A stretch of 64,000 nucleotides of DNA. Source: a bacterium. Lineage in GTDB: Bacteria; UBA8248. The notes under the pieces were generated by a model, which was not told the origin of the DNA, did no database searches, and saw only the letters and a list, made by a program, of their open reading frames with translations. The stretch is from contig OZ244799.1 of the NCBI GenBank assembly GCA_965219955.1, positions 3,232,001-3,296,000 on the forward strand, in the 5' to 3' direction. Shown piece after piece: positions 25,946-35,935 of the stretch (the stretch's first letter is position 1; every line of letters starts with the position of its first letter). The translations under genes and the position numbers were made by a program.

Positions 25946-26818
25946 TCAATCAAGTGACGCATACCACTCCGCAATCGCCCGGCCCATCTCATCGGGCGAG
26001 TCCTCATGGCAGTAGTGAAGCCCGGCCACCGTCACCTCCTCCACGTTCGGCCAGCTGCGAATCATGCTGCGGTGCTCCCCCACGAGCACGGCGCCGGGGT
26101 CTGAATTGATGAACAGTTTCGGCACGGGGTGTCGCTCCAGCCAGGCGTTGTTGCGCTCGATGATCTCGAGCACGTCCGCGGGCTCTCCCTCTATGGGAAT
26201 CTCGCGCGGCCAGGTGAGCGTGGGCCTTCTGTCCTCGCCGGGATTGCGATAGGGCCTCCGGTACTCGTCGTGAATTTCCCGAGATACCTCGCGGATGACC
26301 ATGGCGGGCAGAATCTTCTCCACGAAGAAGTTCTGCTCCAGGACGAGCTTTTCGCCCTCCCCGCTCCTGAACCTCTTGAAAAGCGCCTGTACTTCGGGCG
26401 GCCAATGGCTCCACTCGAAATCGCCGACCACCCCCTGGCAGATCACGACGCCCTTGAGCGCATCCTGTCTCTCCGACGCCCATGTGAAGCCCAGTTGCGC
26501 GCCCCAGTCGTGCGTCACGATGGTGACGTTCTCCGTGACCCCAAGCGCATCCATGAGCGCGTTCGTGAAAGGCTGGTGATCCCTCAAGCGGTACATGGAG
26601 CCGGGGAGCTTTTCGGAATCGCCCTGGCCGATGTTGTCTATCGCGATGCAGCGGCCCAGCCCCTCGACGTGGGGGATCACGTTCCGCCACATGTAGGAGG
26701 AAGTGATGTTGCCGTGAAAAAAGACGATAGGATCCCCCTCGCCCGCCTCCACGTAGGCCATCTTCCGGCCCAGGACTTGCGCGAATTTTTTCTCATACTT
26801 CATGCGAGGCTCTATCAT
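25946..26818 (-). CDS. Haloalkane dehalogenase-like alpha/beta hydrolase (LinB/DhaA subfamily)
   Basis: FHGNITSSYMWRN, HDWG, N.FVEKILP, RRPTLTWPREIP, GLHYCHEDSP. Start codon uncertain (26803-26848). Confidence 0.88.
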   Translation of the reverse strand: MIEPRMKYEKKFAQVLGRKMAYVEAGEGDPIVFFHGNITSSYMWRNVIPHVEGLGRCIAIDNIGQGDSEKLPGSMYRLRDHQPFTNALMDALGVTENVTIVTHDWGAQLGFTWASERQDALKGVVICQGVVGDFEWSHWPPEVQALFKRFRSGEGEKLVLEQNFFVEKILPAMVIREVSREIHDEYRRPYRNPGEDRRPTLTWPREIPIEGEPADVLEIIERNNAWLERHPVPKLFINSDPGAVLVGEHRSMIRSWPNVEEVTVAGLHYCHEDSPDEMGRAIAEWYASLD

Positions 26819-26840
26819 CGCCCCCCCATTTGAACCTGTT

Positions 26841-27887
26841 CTATTCACCTACCCGCAAGACCAGTTTGCCGCGCACGTGGCCCCCTTCCAGGAGCGTGTG
26901 GGCGGCAGCGATGTTTTCGGCGTTCATGACCCCCATGCCGGTGACCTCCGGCGCCTTGATCTCCCCCGCCTCCACCCAGTCGCGGATTTCCTCGAGCGCC
27001 TTCTTGTAGACGCCGTAGTAGGCGGGGCCGCCCCCGCGCACGGGGGCGCGCAGGAAGGTGCCGTGAAACGAAGCCGACTTGGTGAACAGAGGGCCTTCCT
27101 GGGATGAGAAAAACTCGTCGATGGGCGCGCCCGGTTCCGGCGCGATGGAGGAGATCCGCCCCCAGTAGTCCACCACCTCGCAGCAGAGTTTCTTCATCTC
27201 GCGGCCCACGAAATCGAACGTGGCCGGATATAGACGGCCTCCGTTCATCTCCACCGCCTTGCCAGCCAACTCATCGAGCGATAGCCCGGCATACCTGAGC
27301 ACGCCGACGGGGACGGGTGCGATCAAATCCTCGATGTATTTTGCGCTCTCATCGCTCCCCGCCGTCACGACGATGGGAGAAGCCCCGATGCGCGCGAGCA
27401 TCTGAAGCCCCATGGTCCCCACGCCGCCCGAACCGCCCGCCACGAATACCGCCTCTCCCGCCTGCACGCGCGCCTTCATGATCACCGCCTCATGGGCGGT
27501 CAGCGACACGAGCGGCAGCGCGGCCGCCTGCTCGAAAGTGGCGTTCCCCGGCTTTTTCACCACGAATGCCTGGTGGATGCACACGAACTCGGCATACCCG
27601 TCCCCGCCGCTGTCGCCGAACCTCGGCAGATAGGCCATCACCTCATCTCCGGGGGAGAACTCCGACACGTTCGCGCCCACCGATTCCACCACGCCCGCAG
27701 TATCCCTGCCCAGAATGATGGGAACCGCGCCCTGGTTGCCGCCCCGTCTGGCCTTGAAATCGGTCGGGTTCACGGAGACCGCCTTCGCCCGGATCTTCAC
27801 CTGATCGGCATCGGGTTCTCTCTCGGGCCAATCTGCGTCCTCGAAATTCTCCACACCGCCGAACTCTTTCAACACGACTGCTCGCAT
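26841..27887 (-). CDS. MDR-family NADPH:quinone oxidoreductase-like (zinc-independent)
   Basis: SVNPTDFK, GRDTAGVV, AGGSGGVG, GHVRGKLV. Confidence 0.9.
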   Translation of the reverse strand: MRAVVLKEFGGVENFEDADWPEREPDADQVKIRAKAVSVNPTDFKARRGGNQGAVPIILGRDTAGVVESVGANVSEFSPGDEVMAYLPRFGDSGGDGYAEFVCIHQAFVVKKPGNATFEQAAALPLVSLTAHEAVIMKARVQAGEAVFVAGGSGGVGTMGLQMLARIGASPIVVTAGSDESAKYIEDLIAPVPVGVLRYAGLSLDELAGKAVEMNGGRLYPATFDFVGREMKKLCCEVVDYWGRISSIAPEPGAPIDEFFSSQEGPLFTKSASFHGTFLRAPVRGGGPAYYGVYKKALEEIRDWVEAGEIKAPEVTGMGVMNAENIAAAHTLLEGGHVRGKLVLRVGE

Positions 27888-27898
27888 TTTTTCCTCCG

Positions 27899-28690
27899 CT
27901 ATACCATCCAGGCCCCGCCTGCGACGACCATTCCCTGGCCCGTGACGTTACGGCTCTCATCGCTCGCAAGATAGACCGCCATGTGGCCCACGTCGTCCGT
28001 CGTCTGTTCGCGTCCCAGGGGAACCGTCGCCTCGACGTACTCGTCGAATACCCGTCTCGCGGGCCTGTCCGTCTCCGCGCCGATGATGACGCCGTGACCC
28101 TTCTCCCAGATGTTCGTCCACAAAAGACCCGGGTTGATCGCGTTCACGTTCACGTTGCAGGGAGCCATCTCCCTGGCGAAGCTCATGGTGAAGTTCATGC
28201 ACGCCGCCTTGGACGCGGAATAATGCGGCACGTCCGCGTTCGCGCGTCTCGCGGCGAGTGAAGCCAGGTTGATGATCTTCCCGTATCTGCGCTCGCGCAT
28301 ATGGGGAGCGACAGCCCGGCACATCAGAAAAACGCCCGCCGCGTTCACCGCGAAGACGGCGTTCCACTCTTCCAGCGTTATCCGGTCGATGGGCCTTCCC
28401 ACGAGCGCGGCCCCTCTGCCGTGGCAGTTCACCAGGATGTCGATATGCCCCATCCGCTCGACCGCCGCACGGATGACGTTCTCAGCTTCCGCCTCGCTCG
28501 ACACGTCCGCCGCCAGGGCGAAATGCGCCCCTTCGCCCGCGTCGTCGAGTCCTCCTTGAGTTGCCTCATCGCTCAAGTCGACCACGCAAACTTGCGCGCC
28601 CTCCCGGGAGAAAGCGCGGACGATGGCCCGGCCGATTCCGCCGCCGCCGCCCGTTACGACCGCCTTTTTCCCTTCCAGACGCATTCGCAT
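27899..28690 (-). CDS. SDR family oxidoreductase (paralog A)
   Basis: TGGGGGIG, YSASK, NAINPG. Confidence 0.92.
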   Translation of the reverse strand: MRMRLEGKKAVVTGGGGGIGRAIVRAFSREGAQVCVVDLSDEATQGGLDDAGEGAHFALAADVSSEAEAENVIRAAVERMGHIDILVNCHGRGAALVGRPIDRITLEEWNAVFAVNAAGVFLMCRAVAPHMRERRYGKIINLASLAARRANADVPHYSASKAACMNFTMSFAREMAPCNVNVNAINPGLLWTNIWEKGHGVIIGAETDRPARRVFDEYVEATVPLGREQTTDDVGHMAVYLASDESRNVTGQGMVVAGGAWMV

Positions 28691-28767
28691 TGCCCCTTGA
28701 AACAAGTCTTGTCCCGTTACACCTGGTCAAAACCACCCAGCCATATTTTTCGGTGAAAAGACCTTCT

Positions 28768-29553
28768 CTAAACCATCCAGGCCCCGCCGGCGAGGAGCAG
28801 GCCCTGCCCCGTGACGTTTTGGCTCTCATCGCTCGCGAGATAGACCGCCATGTGGCCCACGTCGTCAGGGGTCTGCTCGCGGCCCAGGGGGACCGCCGCC
28901 TGTACGAACTCGTCGAATACCCGTCTGGGAGGCCTGTCCGTCTCCGCCCCGATGATGACGCCGTGGCCCTTCTCCCAGAGGTTCGTCCAGAGCAAGCCCG
29001 GGTTGATCGCGTTCACGTTCACGTTGTAGGGGGCCATCTCCTTGGCGAGGCTCATGGTGAAGTTCATGCACGCCGCCTTGGAAGCGCAATAATGCGGCAC
29101 GTTCTCGTTCGCGCGCCTCGCGGCGAGCGAGGCCAGGTTGATGATCTTGCCGTACCTGCGCTCGCGCATATGGGCGGCGATGGCCCGGCACATCAGGAAC
29201 ACGCCCGTTGCGTTCACGTTGAAGACGGCGTTCCATTCTTCGAGCGTTATGTTGTCGATCGGGTTTCCCATGAGCGCGGAAGCCCTGCCGTGGCAGTTCA
29301 CCAGAATGTCGACCTGCCCCATCCGCTCGATGGCGGTGCGGATGATGTTTTCCGCCTCCGTCTCGCTCGTCACGTCCGCCGCCAGGGCGAAATGCTCCCC
29401 CTCTCCCGCGTCGTCGAGTCCCTGCTGAGTCACTTCCTCGTTGATGTCGACCACGCAAATCCGCGCACCCTCGCGGGCGAACGCGCGAATGATGCCCCGG
29501 CCGATTCCGCCGCCGCCTCCGGTGACGACCGCTGTTTTTCCTTCCAGACGCAT
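28768..29553 (-). CDS. SDR family oxidoreductase (paralog B)
   Basis: TGGGGGIG, YCASK; GGAGG RBS; colinear with and highly similar to paralog A. Confidence 0.92.
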   Translation of the reverse strand: MRLEGKTAVVTGGGGGIGRGIIRAFAREGARICVVDINEEVTQQGLDDAGEGEHFALAADVTSETEAENIIRTAIERMGQVDILVNCHGRASALMGNPIDNITLEEWNAVFNVNATGVFLMCRAIAAHMRERRYGKIINLASLAARRANENVPHYCASKAACMNFTMSLAKEMAPYNVNVNAINPGLLWTNLWEKGHGVIIGAETDRPPRRVFDEFVQAAVPLGREQTPDDVGHMAVYLASDESQNVTGQGLLLAGGAWMV

Positions 29554-29832
29554 TCGAATCCCTCCATGATAGACGCCCCTGCTCATTGCACCGGGCAAAA
29601 ACCGCTCACGCATCTTTCGAGGCCGAAAATGATTTCCGTTCCTGAAGCGCGATGTCCGCCGATTCTAGCAAGATTCGAACGGGGTGAGTATCTCCCGGCC
29701 TCAACGCCTGAAACTCACTCTCGGGGAGTTTCCCCCGCACGGGGAGAATGGTATTCTCCCCCCGTTTCGAAACCCTTTACAGATCGACTGCGGGCATCAC
29801 AAGAATGTCCCTCAAAACGACAGGAGCATGAA

Positions 29833-30267
29833 ATGTCTCTGATCAAAATGGCGAAAGAATCCATCGACATCGGCATCGTGGTGAAGGATCTGGGCGTCGC
29901 CGAGAAATTCTACGGCGGTGTGCTGGGCCTTCCGATCGTGCGCGAAGTCGAGATTACGTCGGACAAGGCCTCCCAGGCCGGCTGCGCATCGGGCAGGTTC
30001 GAGTTCAAGGCGTTCCAGGCCGGCGAGGTGCAGCTCAAGGTCGTCCAGGCGGATTCCGACCCGCCGGCGGGCGGCGGAATCGTGGACGCCTCGACCGGAT
30101 ACCGCTACCTGACGTTCACCGTCGAAAGCGTACAGGAAGCCCACGACGCACTCGTGGCGGCGGGCGTGAAGATGATGGGCGAGATCACCGAGGTCGTGCC
30201 GGGCCGGTTCATCATCTTCTTCCAGGACCCCGACGGAAACATGCTGGAGTGCGTCGGCCCCAGATAA
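29833..30267 (+). CDS. VOC/glyoxalase family protein
   Basis: IDIGIVVKDL..AEKFYGGVLG; FFQDPDGNMLE; AGGAG RBS. Confidence 0.88.
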   Translation: MSLIKMAKESIDIGIVVKDLGVAEKFYGGVLGLPIVREVEITSDKASQAGCASGRFEFKAFQAGEVQLKVVQADSDPPAGGGIVDASTGYRYLTFTVESVQEAHDALVAAGVKMMGEITEVVPGRFIIFFQDPDGNMLECVGPR

Positions 30268-30357
30268 GCTTGATGCGCGCGGACATTTCGCCAACCTTGA
30301 AATACGACGTACGCGCGCCTCGGAGCAATAACCCTACCGTGTAGCTGGAGTATCGAG

Positions 30358-30978
30358 ATGTACGAGTTTCTCCAGGAATATCTGGTGGAATTCGCCTATG
30401 GCGGGGTATTTCTCGTCCTTTTTCTTTGCGGCCTGGGTCTCCCCGTGCCCGAAGACATCCCCATCATCACCTCGGGCTATCTCGTGCACCTGGGCACCAT
30501 GTCCTTCTGGCCCGCGCTCACCGTGAACCTTCTCGGCATCATGCTCGGCGACCTGATGATCTATGGCTTCGGCTACTGGATGGGACCCAAGGCGCTCGAG
30601 TACCGTCTGCTTCGCTCCGTCATAACGCACGAGCGCATGGAGAAAGTGCACAGTTTCTTTGATCGTCACGGGAGAAAGGCCATCTTCTTCGGGCGGTTCG
30701 TCGCTGGTCTGCGCGCGCCGCTGTTTCTCGCGGCGGGGATCACCCGTCTTCCGATTCGGATATTCTTCGGTATGGATCTGGCCGCCGCACTCCTGAGCGT
30801 GCCGCTGCTGCTTGCGGCTGCCTGGTATTTCGGGGATCACATCGACGATTTTCGCAGGATGGTGGGAACGGGCAAGGCCGTATTCATCCTCCTCGTAGTT
30901 GCCGTGGCCGTCTGGGTGGGGGGGAAATATCTTTGGCGAAAGTGGCGGTCGAAAGATTCCCGCCCCGTCTCAGACTGA
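30358..30978 (+). CDS. DedA family membrane protein
   Basis: GLPVPED, GDLMIYGFG, FGRFVAGLR. Confidence 0.92.
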   Translation: MYEFLQEYLVEFAYGGVFLVLFLCGLGLPVPEDIPIITSGYLVHLGTMSFWPALTVNLLGIMLGDLMIYGFGYWMGPKALEYRLLRSVITHERMEKVHSFFDRHGRKAIFFGRFVAGLRAPLFLAAGITRLPIRIFFGMDLAAALLSVPLLLAAAWYFGDHIDDFRRMVGTGKAVFILLVVAVAVWVGGKYLWRKWRSKDSRPVSD

Positions 30979-31926
30979 GGTTCCGGCCAGCGAGGAGGAC
31001 TCCGGCCCGTAAACGGCGCCCGCGTCGATTTCATGCGCGCCGCGCGGGTCGATTCTGAGCACGTGCATCCGGCATCCGATGCCGCGTGACTGGTACACCT
31101 CGCGCATGGCGTTGCCCACCCTGCCGGGATGGCGCCGGCAGATGGCAAGGATGCAAGGCCCCGCACCGCTGATACACGCCCCCAGCGCGCCGGCTTCGTA
31201 GGCGGCCTCGAATACCTCTTCCAGCGGACCCATCAACTCCGCCCGATAGGGCTGGTGCAGCCTGTCCTGCATGGCTTCGCGGAACAGCTCGTCGCGTCCG
31301 GTGGCGAACGCCGCCATGAGCGCACCGACCCTCTGGACGTTGAAGATCGCGTCGCTCAGGGAAACCTCCCCGGGCAGTTTTTGTCTCGCCGCATGCGTGC
31401 TCACTTCGAAGTCGGGGATTACGATGACCCAGCGGTAATCCTCCACCACGGGCATGCGCGTGTAGATGGTCTGTCCATCCGTGGTGGTCGCCGAGATACA
31501 GAAACCCCCTATCAGCGCGGGCACGACGTTGTCGGGGTGCCCTTCCATCTCCACGGCGATTTGCACGAGTTCGTCCATGCCCAACGGGCTGCCGAGCAGG
31601 ATGTTCGCCCCCACGATTCCGCCCACGATGGCGGCCGAACTGCTCCCCAGCCCGCGCGCCAGCGGGATGTGGTTGCGCTGCTTCATCCACAAGCCGCTGA
31701 AGGGCCGGCCGACCCGATCGTACACGCGCTTTACGGCCTGGACGCAGACGTTCGATTCATCCTTGGGGATGACGTCGCGGCCCTCACCTTCGACTTCGAG
31801 CGCAACGCCCCAGGGGAGGCTGTCGAGTTCTATACGGTTATAAATCCGGAGCGCGACGCCCAGGGCATCGAAACCAGGACCCAGATTCGTCGTACTCGCA
31901 GGAACCTGCACGCGCACCAAAGCCAA
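30970..31926 (-). CDS. thrB: Homoserine kinase
   Basis: PASTTNLGPGFD, PLARGLGSS, EGHPDN, DRLHQPYR, SGAGP. Confidence 0.95.
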   Translation of the reverse strand: MALVRVQVPASTTNLGPGFDALGVALRIYNRIELDSLPWGVALEVEGEGRDVIPKDESNVCVQAVKRVYDRVGRPFSGLWMKQRNHIPLARGLGSSSAAIVGGIVGANILLGSPLGMDELVQIAVEMEGHPDNVVPALIGGFCISATTTDGQTIYTRMPVVEDYRWVIVIPDFEVSTHAARQKLPGEVSLSDAIFNVQRVGALMAAFATGRDELFREAMQDRLHQPYRAELMGPLEEVFEAAYEAGALGACISGAGPCILAICRRHPGRVGNAMREVYQSRGIGCRMHVLRIDPRGAHEIDAGAVYGPESSSLAGTSV

Positions 31927-31947
31927 GAGAATCTCCTCGAAACGAGC

Positions 31948-32529
31948 TTATATCGAGCGGATATCCGGGGAGAGAGCGAAGGCGCAGCCCGCCGCGCGCA
32001 TCTCCTCGATGGCGTTTTCACCGTCTTTCGGGTCGACGTTCACGGCACGGATGGCGTCTTCCAACACGACGACCTCAAACCCCTCACGCCTGGCGTCGAG
32101 CGCCGTGGCCTTCACGCAATAATCCGTCGCCAGACCGCAAACGAAAAGGCGCCCTATCCCTGCTGCTCTCAGGTCACCGGCCAGCGTGGTGCCGTCGAAC
32201 CCCGAATACGCCTCGGCATCGCGGGTCGTGGCTTTCGATACCACCATTTCCACTTTCCCGGCGTTCAGGCGCGGATGAAATGCGGCGCCCGCTGTCCCGG
32301 CCACGCAGTGAACGGGCCATATCCCGCCCTGCGCCTCAAACGAGGCGTGATCGGCGGGGTGCCAGTCGCGCGTCGCCACCTTCATCCAGCCCGGGATATC
32401 CAGAAGCCCGTTCACCGGCGCGACGATCTCGTCCCCCTCGGTGACGGCGAGCGCTCCGCCCGGGCAAAAATCCACTTGCAGATCGACGACGATGAGGCCG
32501 TCCTTCGCACCCGGTGAGTATTCAGCCAT
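31948..32529 (-). CDS. pncA: Nicotinamidase/pyrazinamidase
   Basis: VDLQVDFCPGGAL, DWHP..H.SF, WPVHCV, GLATDYCV. Confidence 0.93.
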   Translation of the reverse strand: MAEYSPGAKDGLIVVDLQVDFCPGGALAVTEGDEIVAPVNGLLDIPGWMKVATRDWHPADHASFEAQGGIWPVHCVAGTAGAAFHPRLNAGKVEMVVSKATTRDAEAYSGFDGTTLAGDLRAAGIGRLFVCGLATDYCVKATALDARREGFEVVVLEDAIRAVNVDPKDGENAIEEMRAAGCAFALSPDIRSI

Positions 32530-32533
32530 CGCC

Positions 32534-33328
32534 CTATTTCTCCTCTCCCAGCTTCAGGCGCCATTTTTTCCCGCCCGGCCCCCGGCGTATGGAAACCTCT
32601 ATCTCCTGTGGATTCTCCAGAAATGTCTTTTCAAAAAAATCCACCGTATCAACCTTCTTTCCCCCCGCTTCGAATATGACGTCTCCACGACGAATGCCCG
32701 CGAGCGCCGCCGGAGCGCCTTCGCGAACCGAGGAAACCAACAGCCCGCTCGCCTCTCCCCCACCAAAGAAGCGCGCCAATGCCGGCGTGAGCCTCTGGAG
32801 AACGAGCCCGAGCTTTTCGGGGTGCTTGTAATCGCGCCGCATATGGAAGCCGTGTTCCATCACGACAGGCTTCACGTATATCGGCGATTTCATCCGCAAC
32901 GCCAGCGCGACGGCGTCCGATGGGCGGCTGTCGAGCGAAAAACGCCTGCCCCCATCCTCTAAATCGATCAGGGCGAAATACGTGCCGTCCTTGACCTCCG
33001 TGATAACCACCCGGAGAACTTCCGCCCGGAGGGTTTTCAGCAAATTGCGCATCAAGTCGTGCGTCATCGGCCGATGATCCACGGCTTTTTCAAGCTCCAT
33101 GAGAATCGCCCGCGCCTCCGCCGGGCCGATCCAGATGGGCAGCAGCTTTCCCCCCTTTTTCTCCTGCAGCAGCAAGACGGGCTGGTCGTTCCTCTGATCG
33201 ACAAGGATGTCCTTCACCTCGACCCTGCGAAGCGCGGAGAGGGCCGCCTCCGCGTTCACCGGGTGCGCATGAGCGATGAAAGCGACAAGAACAACAAGAA
33301 AACCGGAAGACGCCATTTTAAGCCGCAT
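32534..33328 (-). CDS. Bifunctional nuclease domain (DUF151) protein with C-terminal PDZ domain
   Basis: LPIWIG..EA, RPMTHDL, DSRPSDAVALALR; then GLLVSSV..GAPA..AGIRRGDVI (PDZ). Confidence 0.85.
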   Translation of the reverse strand: MRLKMASSGFLVVLVAFIAHAHPVNAEAALSALRRVEVKDILVDQRNDQPVLLLQEKKGGKLLPIWIGPAEARAILMELEKAVDHRPMTHDLMRNLLKTLRAEVLRVVITEVKDGTYFALIDLEDGGRRFSLDSRPSDAVALALRMKSPIYVKPVVMEHGFHMRRDYKHPEKLGLVLQRLTPALARFFGGGEASGLLVSSVREGAPAALAGIRRGDVIFEAGGKKVDTVDFFEKTFLENPQEIEVSIRRGPGGKKWRLKLGEEK

Positions 33329-33380
33329 GACTTCGATTCCTGATCATTTCGCCCGCGCTCATGAAACCAGCAGACTTTCC

Positions 33381-33824
33381 TCAGCGAGCAGATTCCGCCG
33401 AAACCCGGAACACGCATTCGGGAATCGCCATGTCCACACGCTTCTGACCCGGTTTTTCCTCCACCTTGGTCTCGTAGATTCCGTCGCAATCGACATCGAG
33501 CAGCGTGATGTCGTATGGATACTTGTTGTCCACGTCGATGTTGATCGCGAAAATCCTGTTGTTGATGGTGAGTGTTTCGAACTGGAATTCCCATTCATCC
33601 AGGTATTGCTTGATCAGGGTCTCCTCTCCGGGGATGCGCCTGCTGAGGTCGCGCCGGACCCATCCGAGAAAACGAGACCGGCTGAGTTCGGGCGTATCGA
33701 AACCCTCGGGCCTTTTCTCGACGGGTCCGTCCGAATCCGCCGAAGCCGCGAATACGGTTCCGGCTCCCAGGAGCGCCATCGCCAGGAAAACAAGAACACA
33801 GATTCGCCCAAAACGCACTATCAT
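33381..33824 (-). CDS. Hypothetical secreted protein
   Basis: Signal-peptide-like N-terminus (LVFLAMALLGAGTVFA); DVDCDG motif and C-terminal Cys. Confidence 0.6.
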   Translation of the reverse strand: MIVRFGRICVLVFLAMALLGAGTVFAASADSDGPVEKRPEGFDTPELSRSRFLGWVRRDLSRRIPGEETLIKQYLDEWEFQFETLTINNRIFAINIDVDNKYPYDITLLDVDCDGIYETKVEEKPGQKRVDMAIPECVFRVSAESAR

Positions 33825-34096
33825 GGAAATCACCCTCGACATCCATATGAAACCCGGCGGCCGGCCAGACCCCGGAAGGCTGGTCACCCGTAAGAGTAGC
33901 ACCCGCCGCGCACCACCTTCAAGAGAAGTGTCCACGCCTCCGGGCGCCGGAAAACACGATCCGCCGGTTGCGCTTTGACATTTCCAGAAAGCGGATTATT
34001 CTTCGCATATCGGCGAATTCTCATCCCCACTGAAAAGGCGTGTTAAGCGCGTGCCTTGAAAACAACCATCACTGAAACTCCTTAGGAGAAACCTAC

Positions 34097-34450
34097 ATGA
34101 CGACGAGAGAAAGAAAAGCCCGGCTGATCCGGCCCGATGAGCGTGAATCTGAAGGCATGGCGGGCGGCGCGAGCCACAAGGCCATCGTATCGAAAGAGGG
34201 CGAGGGCACCGACCTCACCGTCTACTACTCGCTCATACAGCCGGGACAGACGCACGACTGGCATCACCACGAGGAGGACGAGGTCATATTCTGCGTGAGC
34301 GGCAGGGGCAGATACGACCTCGATGACGGCGAGATCAACTACGGCCCCGGACAATTCATCTTCATGCCCAAGGGCACGCGCCATTGCAACAACTGCGTGA
34401 GCGAAGAAGACGTGAGGCTGGTGGCCATCTTCCAGCCGGGCCGCGAATAA
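34097..34450 (+). CDS. Cupin domain protein
   Basis: WHHHEEDE..F..SGRG ... PKGTRH; AGGAG RBS; TTGACA at 33975 upstream. Confidence 0.88.
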   Translation: MTTRERKARLIRPDERESEGMAGGASHKAIVSKEGEGTDLTVYYSLIQPGQTHDWHHHEEDEVIFCVSGRGRYDLDDGEINYGPGQFIFMPKGTRHCNNCVSEEDVRLVAIFQPGRE

Positions 34451-34502
34451 AGACGGCTGCTTCACGCCCTCGATAACAAAGAAGCCGCGCCTGGAGACGA
34501 AG

Positions 34503-35900
34503 ATGGACCCCATGCAGAAAATCATCGCGCACTACGCGAAACTCCGCTTCGACGATCTGCCCGAAGATGCCGTATGCGCCGCCAGAGGCCTCATCGTCGA
34601 TGCGCTCGCCTGCGCCCTGGCAGGCTCGGCGGCGCCCCTGAACCCCGAGATCATCGAACGCCACATCCGCTGGGGCGGCGCGCCCGAAGCCACGGTCCTG
34701 GTCTACGGGGGCCGTCTGCCCGCGCCGACGGCGGCATGGCTGAACGCCGCCATGATCCACTCGAACGATTTCGACGACACCGAAGACGTCACCCAGAACC
34801 ACATCTTCGTGACGATTCTTCCCGCCCTCCTCGCGGCGGGCGAGAGCTGCGGGCGAGCGATGCCGGGCCGTGAGGTCATCGCCGCCCTGGCGGGGGCCGC
34901 GGACGTGACTTTGCGGCTGAACGCCGTCGTGCACAAGAGCATACACCCGGGCTGGCTGCCCACCACGGTGTTCGGCGCCGTCTCGGCCTCCATGGCCGCC
35001 GCGCGGGCTTTGGGGCTCGATGAAGAGGGAATCGCCAACGCGGCGGGCTTCGGCTACGCGCAATCACACGGCAACCGCCAGGCGCTTCTCGACGGCACGG
35101 TCGCCAAACGGCTGCAACCCGCCTTCAGCGCGCGCGCGGGCGTGCACTCGGCCGTCCTGGCGCAAACCGGCGCCACCGGCCCGAGGCGCATCGTCGAGGG
35201 AGCGGACGGCATCATCGAACTCTTCGGCGGAGGCGAGGGCGACCCGGACGCGCTGACGAAAGAGCTGGGCGAAACCTTCCACGTCACCCGCGTCGGCATG
35301 AAGCCCTACCCGAGCTGCCGGGTATCCCATCCCCACATCAGCGCCGCTTTGGAGGCGCGCGAGCGGCTCGGTTCCTTCGGGGCGCAAGACGTCGAAAGCG
35401 TCGAGGTATGGGCGACGCCCATCGGCCATTCAATGATCGGACAGCCGTTCCGGATCAGGGAAAACCCCCAGGTGGACGCGCAGTTCAGCGCGCAGTGGAC
35501 GACGGCGTTCTCTCTCCTTAATGGCGTGCCGCGCATCGCGCACTTTGATCCGGCAACAATCGTCTCGGGCGCCGAGGTGATCGAACTCGCGCAGAAGACC
35601 AGGGTCCACATCTGGGAAGAGGGGAGCCTGCTGCTCGTGCCCGTGCGCATCCGCGTTAAGCTCAAGGACGGAAGAGAGGCCGACGTGACGCACGACAGAA
35701 TTAAAGGCTCTCCCGAATGGGCCATGAGCGAACAGGAGCGGAAGGAGAAATTCTTCTCCTGCGCCGAGGCCGCAGCGGTCAGGCTCGAAACCGAATCCGT
35801 GGAGCGCGCCTTCGAAGAACTCTCCGCACTCGAAGACTGCGCCGACATCCGGCCGGTTCTCACCCGGCTCGCCGCGTCTAAAATCCAGGCCCTCGCATAG
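34503..35900 (+). CDS. MmgE/PrpD family protein
   Basis: AAWLNA..IHSNDFDD, KPYPSC..SH, DAQFS. Confidence 0.9.
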   Translation: MDPMQKIIAHYAKLRFDDLPEDAVCAARGLIVDALACALAGSAAPLNPEIIERHIRWGGAPEATVLVYGGRLPAPTAAWLNAAMIHSNDFDDTEDVTQNHIFVTILPALLAAGESCGRAMPGREVIAALAGAADVTLRLNAVVHKSIHPGWLPTTVFGAVSASMAAARALGLDEEGIANAAGFGYAQSHGNRQALLDGTVAKRLQPAFSARAGVHSAVLAQTGATGPRRIVEGADGIIELFGGGEGDPDALTKELGETFHVTRVGMKPYPSCRVSHPHISAALEARERLGSFGAQDVESVEVWATPIGHSMIGQPFRIRENPQVDAQFSAQWTTAFSLLNGVPRIAHFDPATIVSGAEVIELAQKTRVHIWEEGSLLLVPVRIRVKLKDGREADVTHDRIKGSPEWAMSEQERKEKFFSCAEAAAVRLETESVERAFEELSALEDCADIRPVLTRLAASKIQALA

Positions 35901-35935
35901 AATTTCGACTCGGGCGGCTCTATAATCCCCTACCC

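Noticed and set aside
28561-30267. 568-aa ORF as one protein
   Set aside because: Only the last 144 aa (from ATG 29833 with RBS) is a VOC protein; the rest is antisense to the SDR genes.
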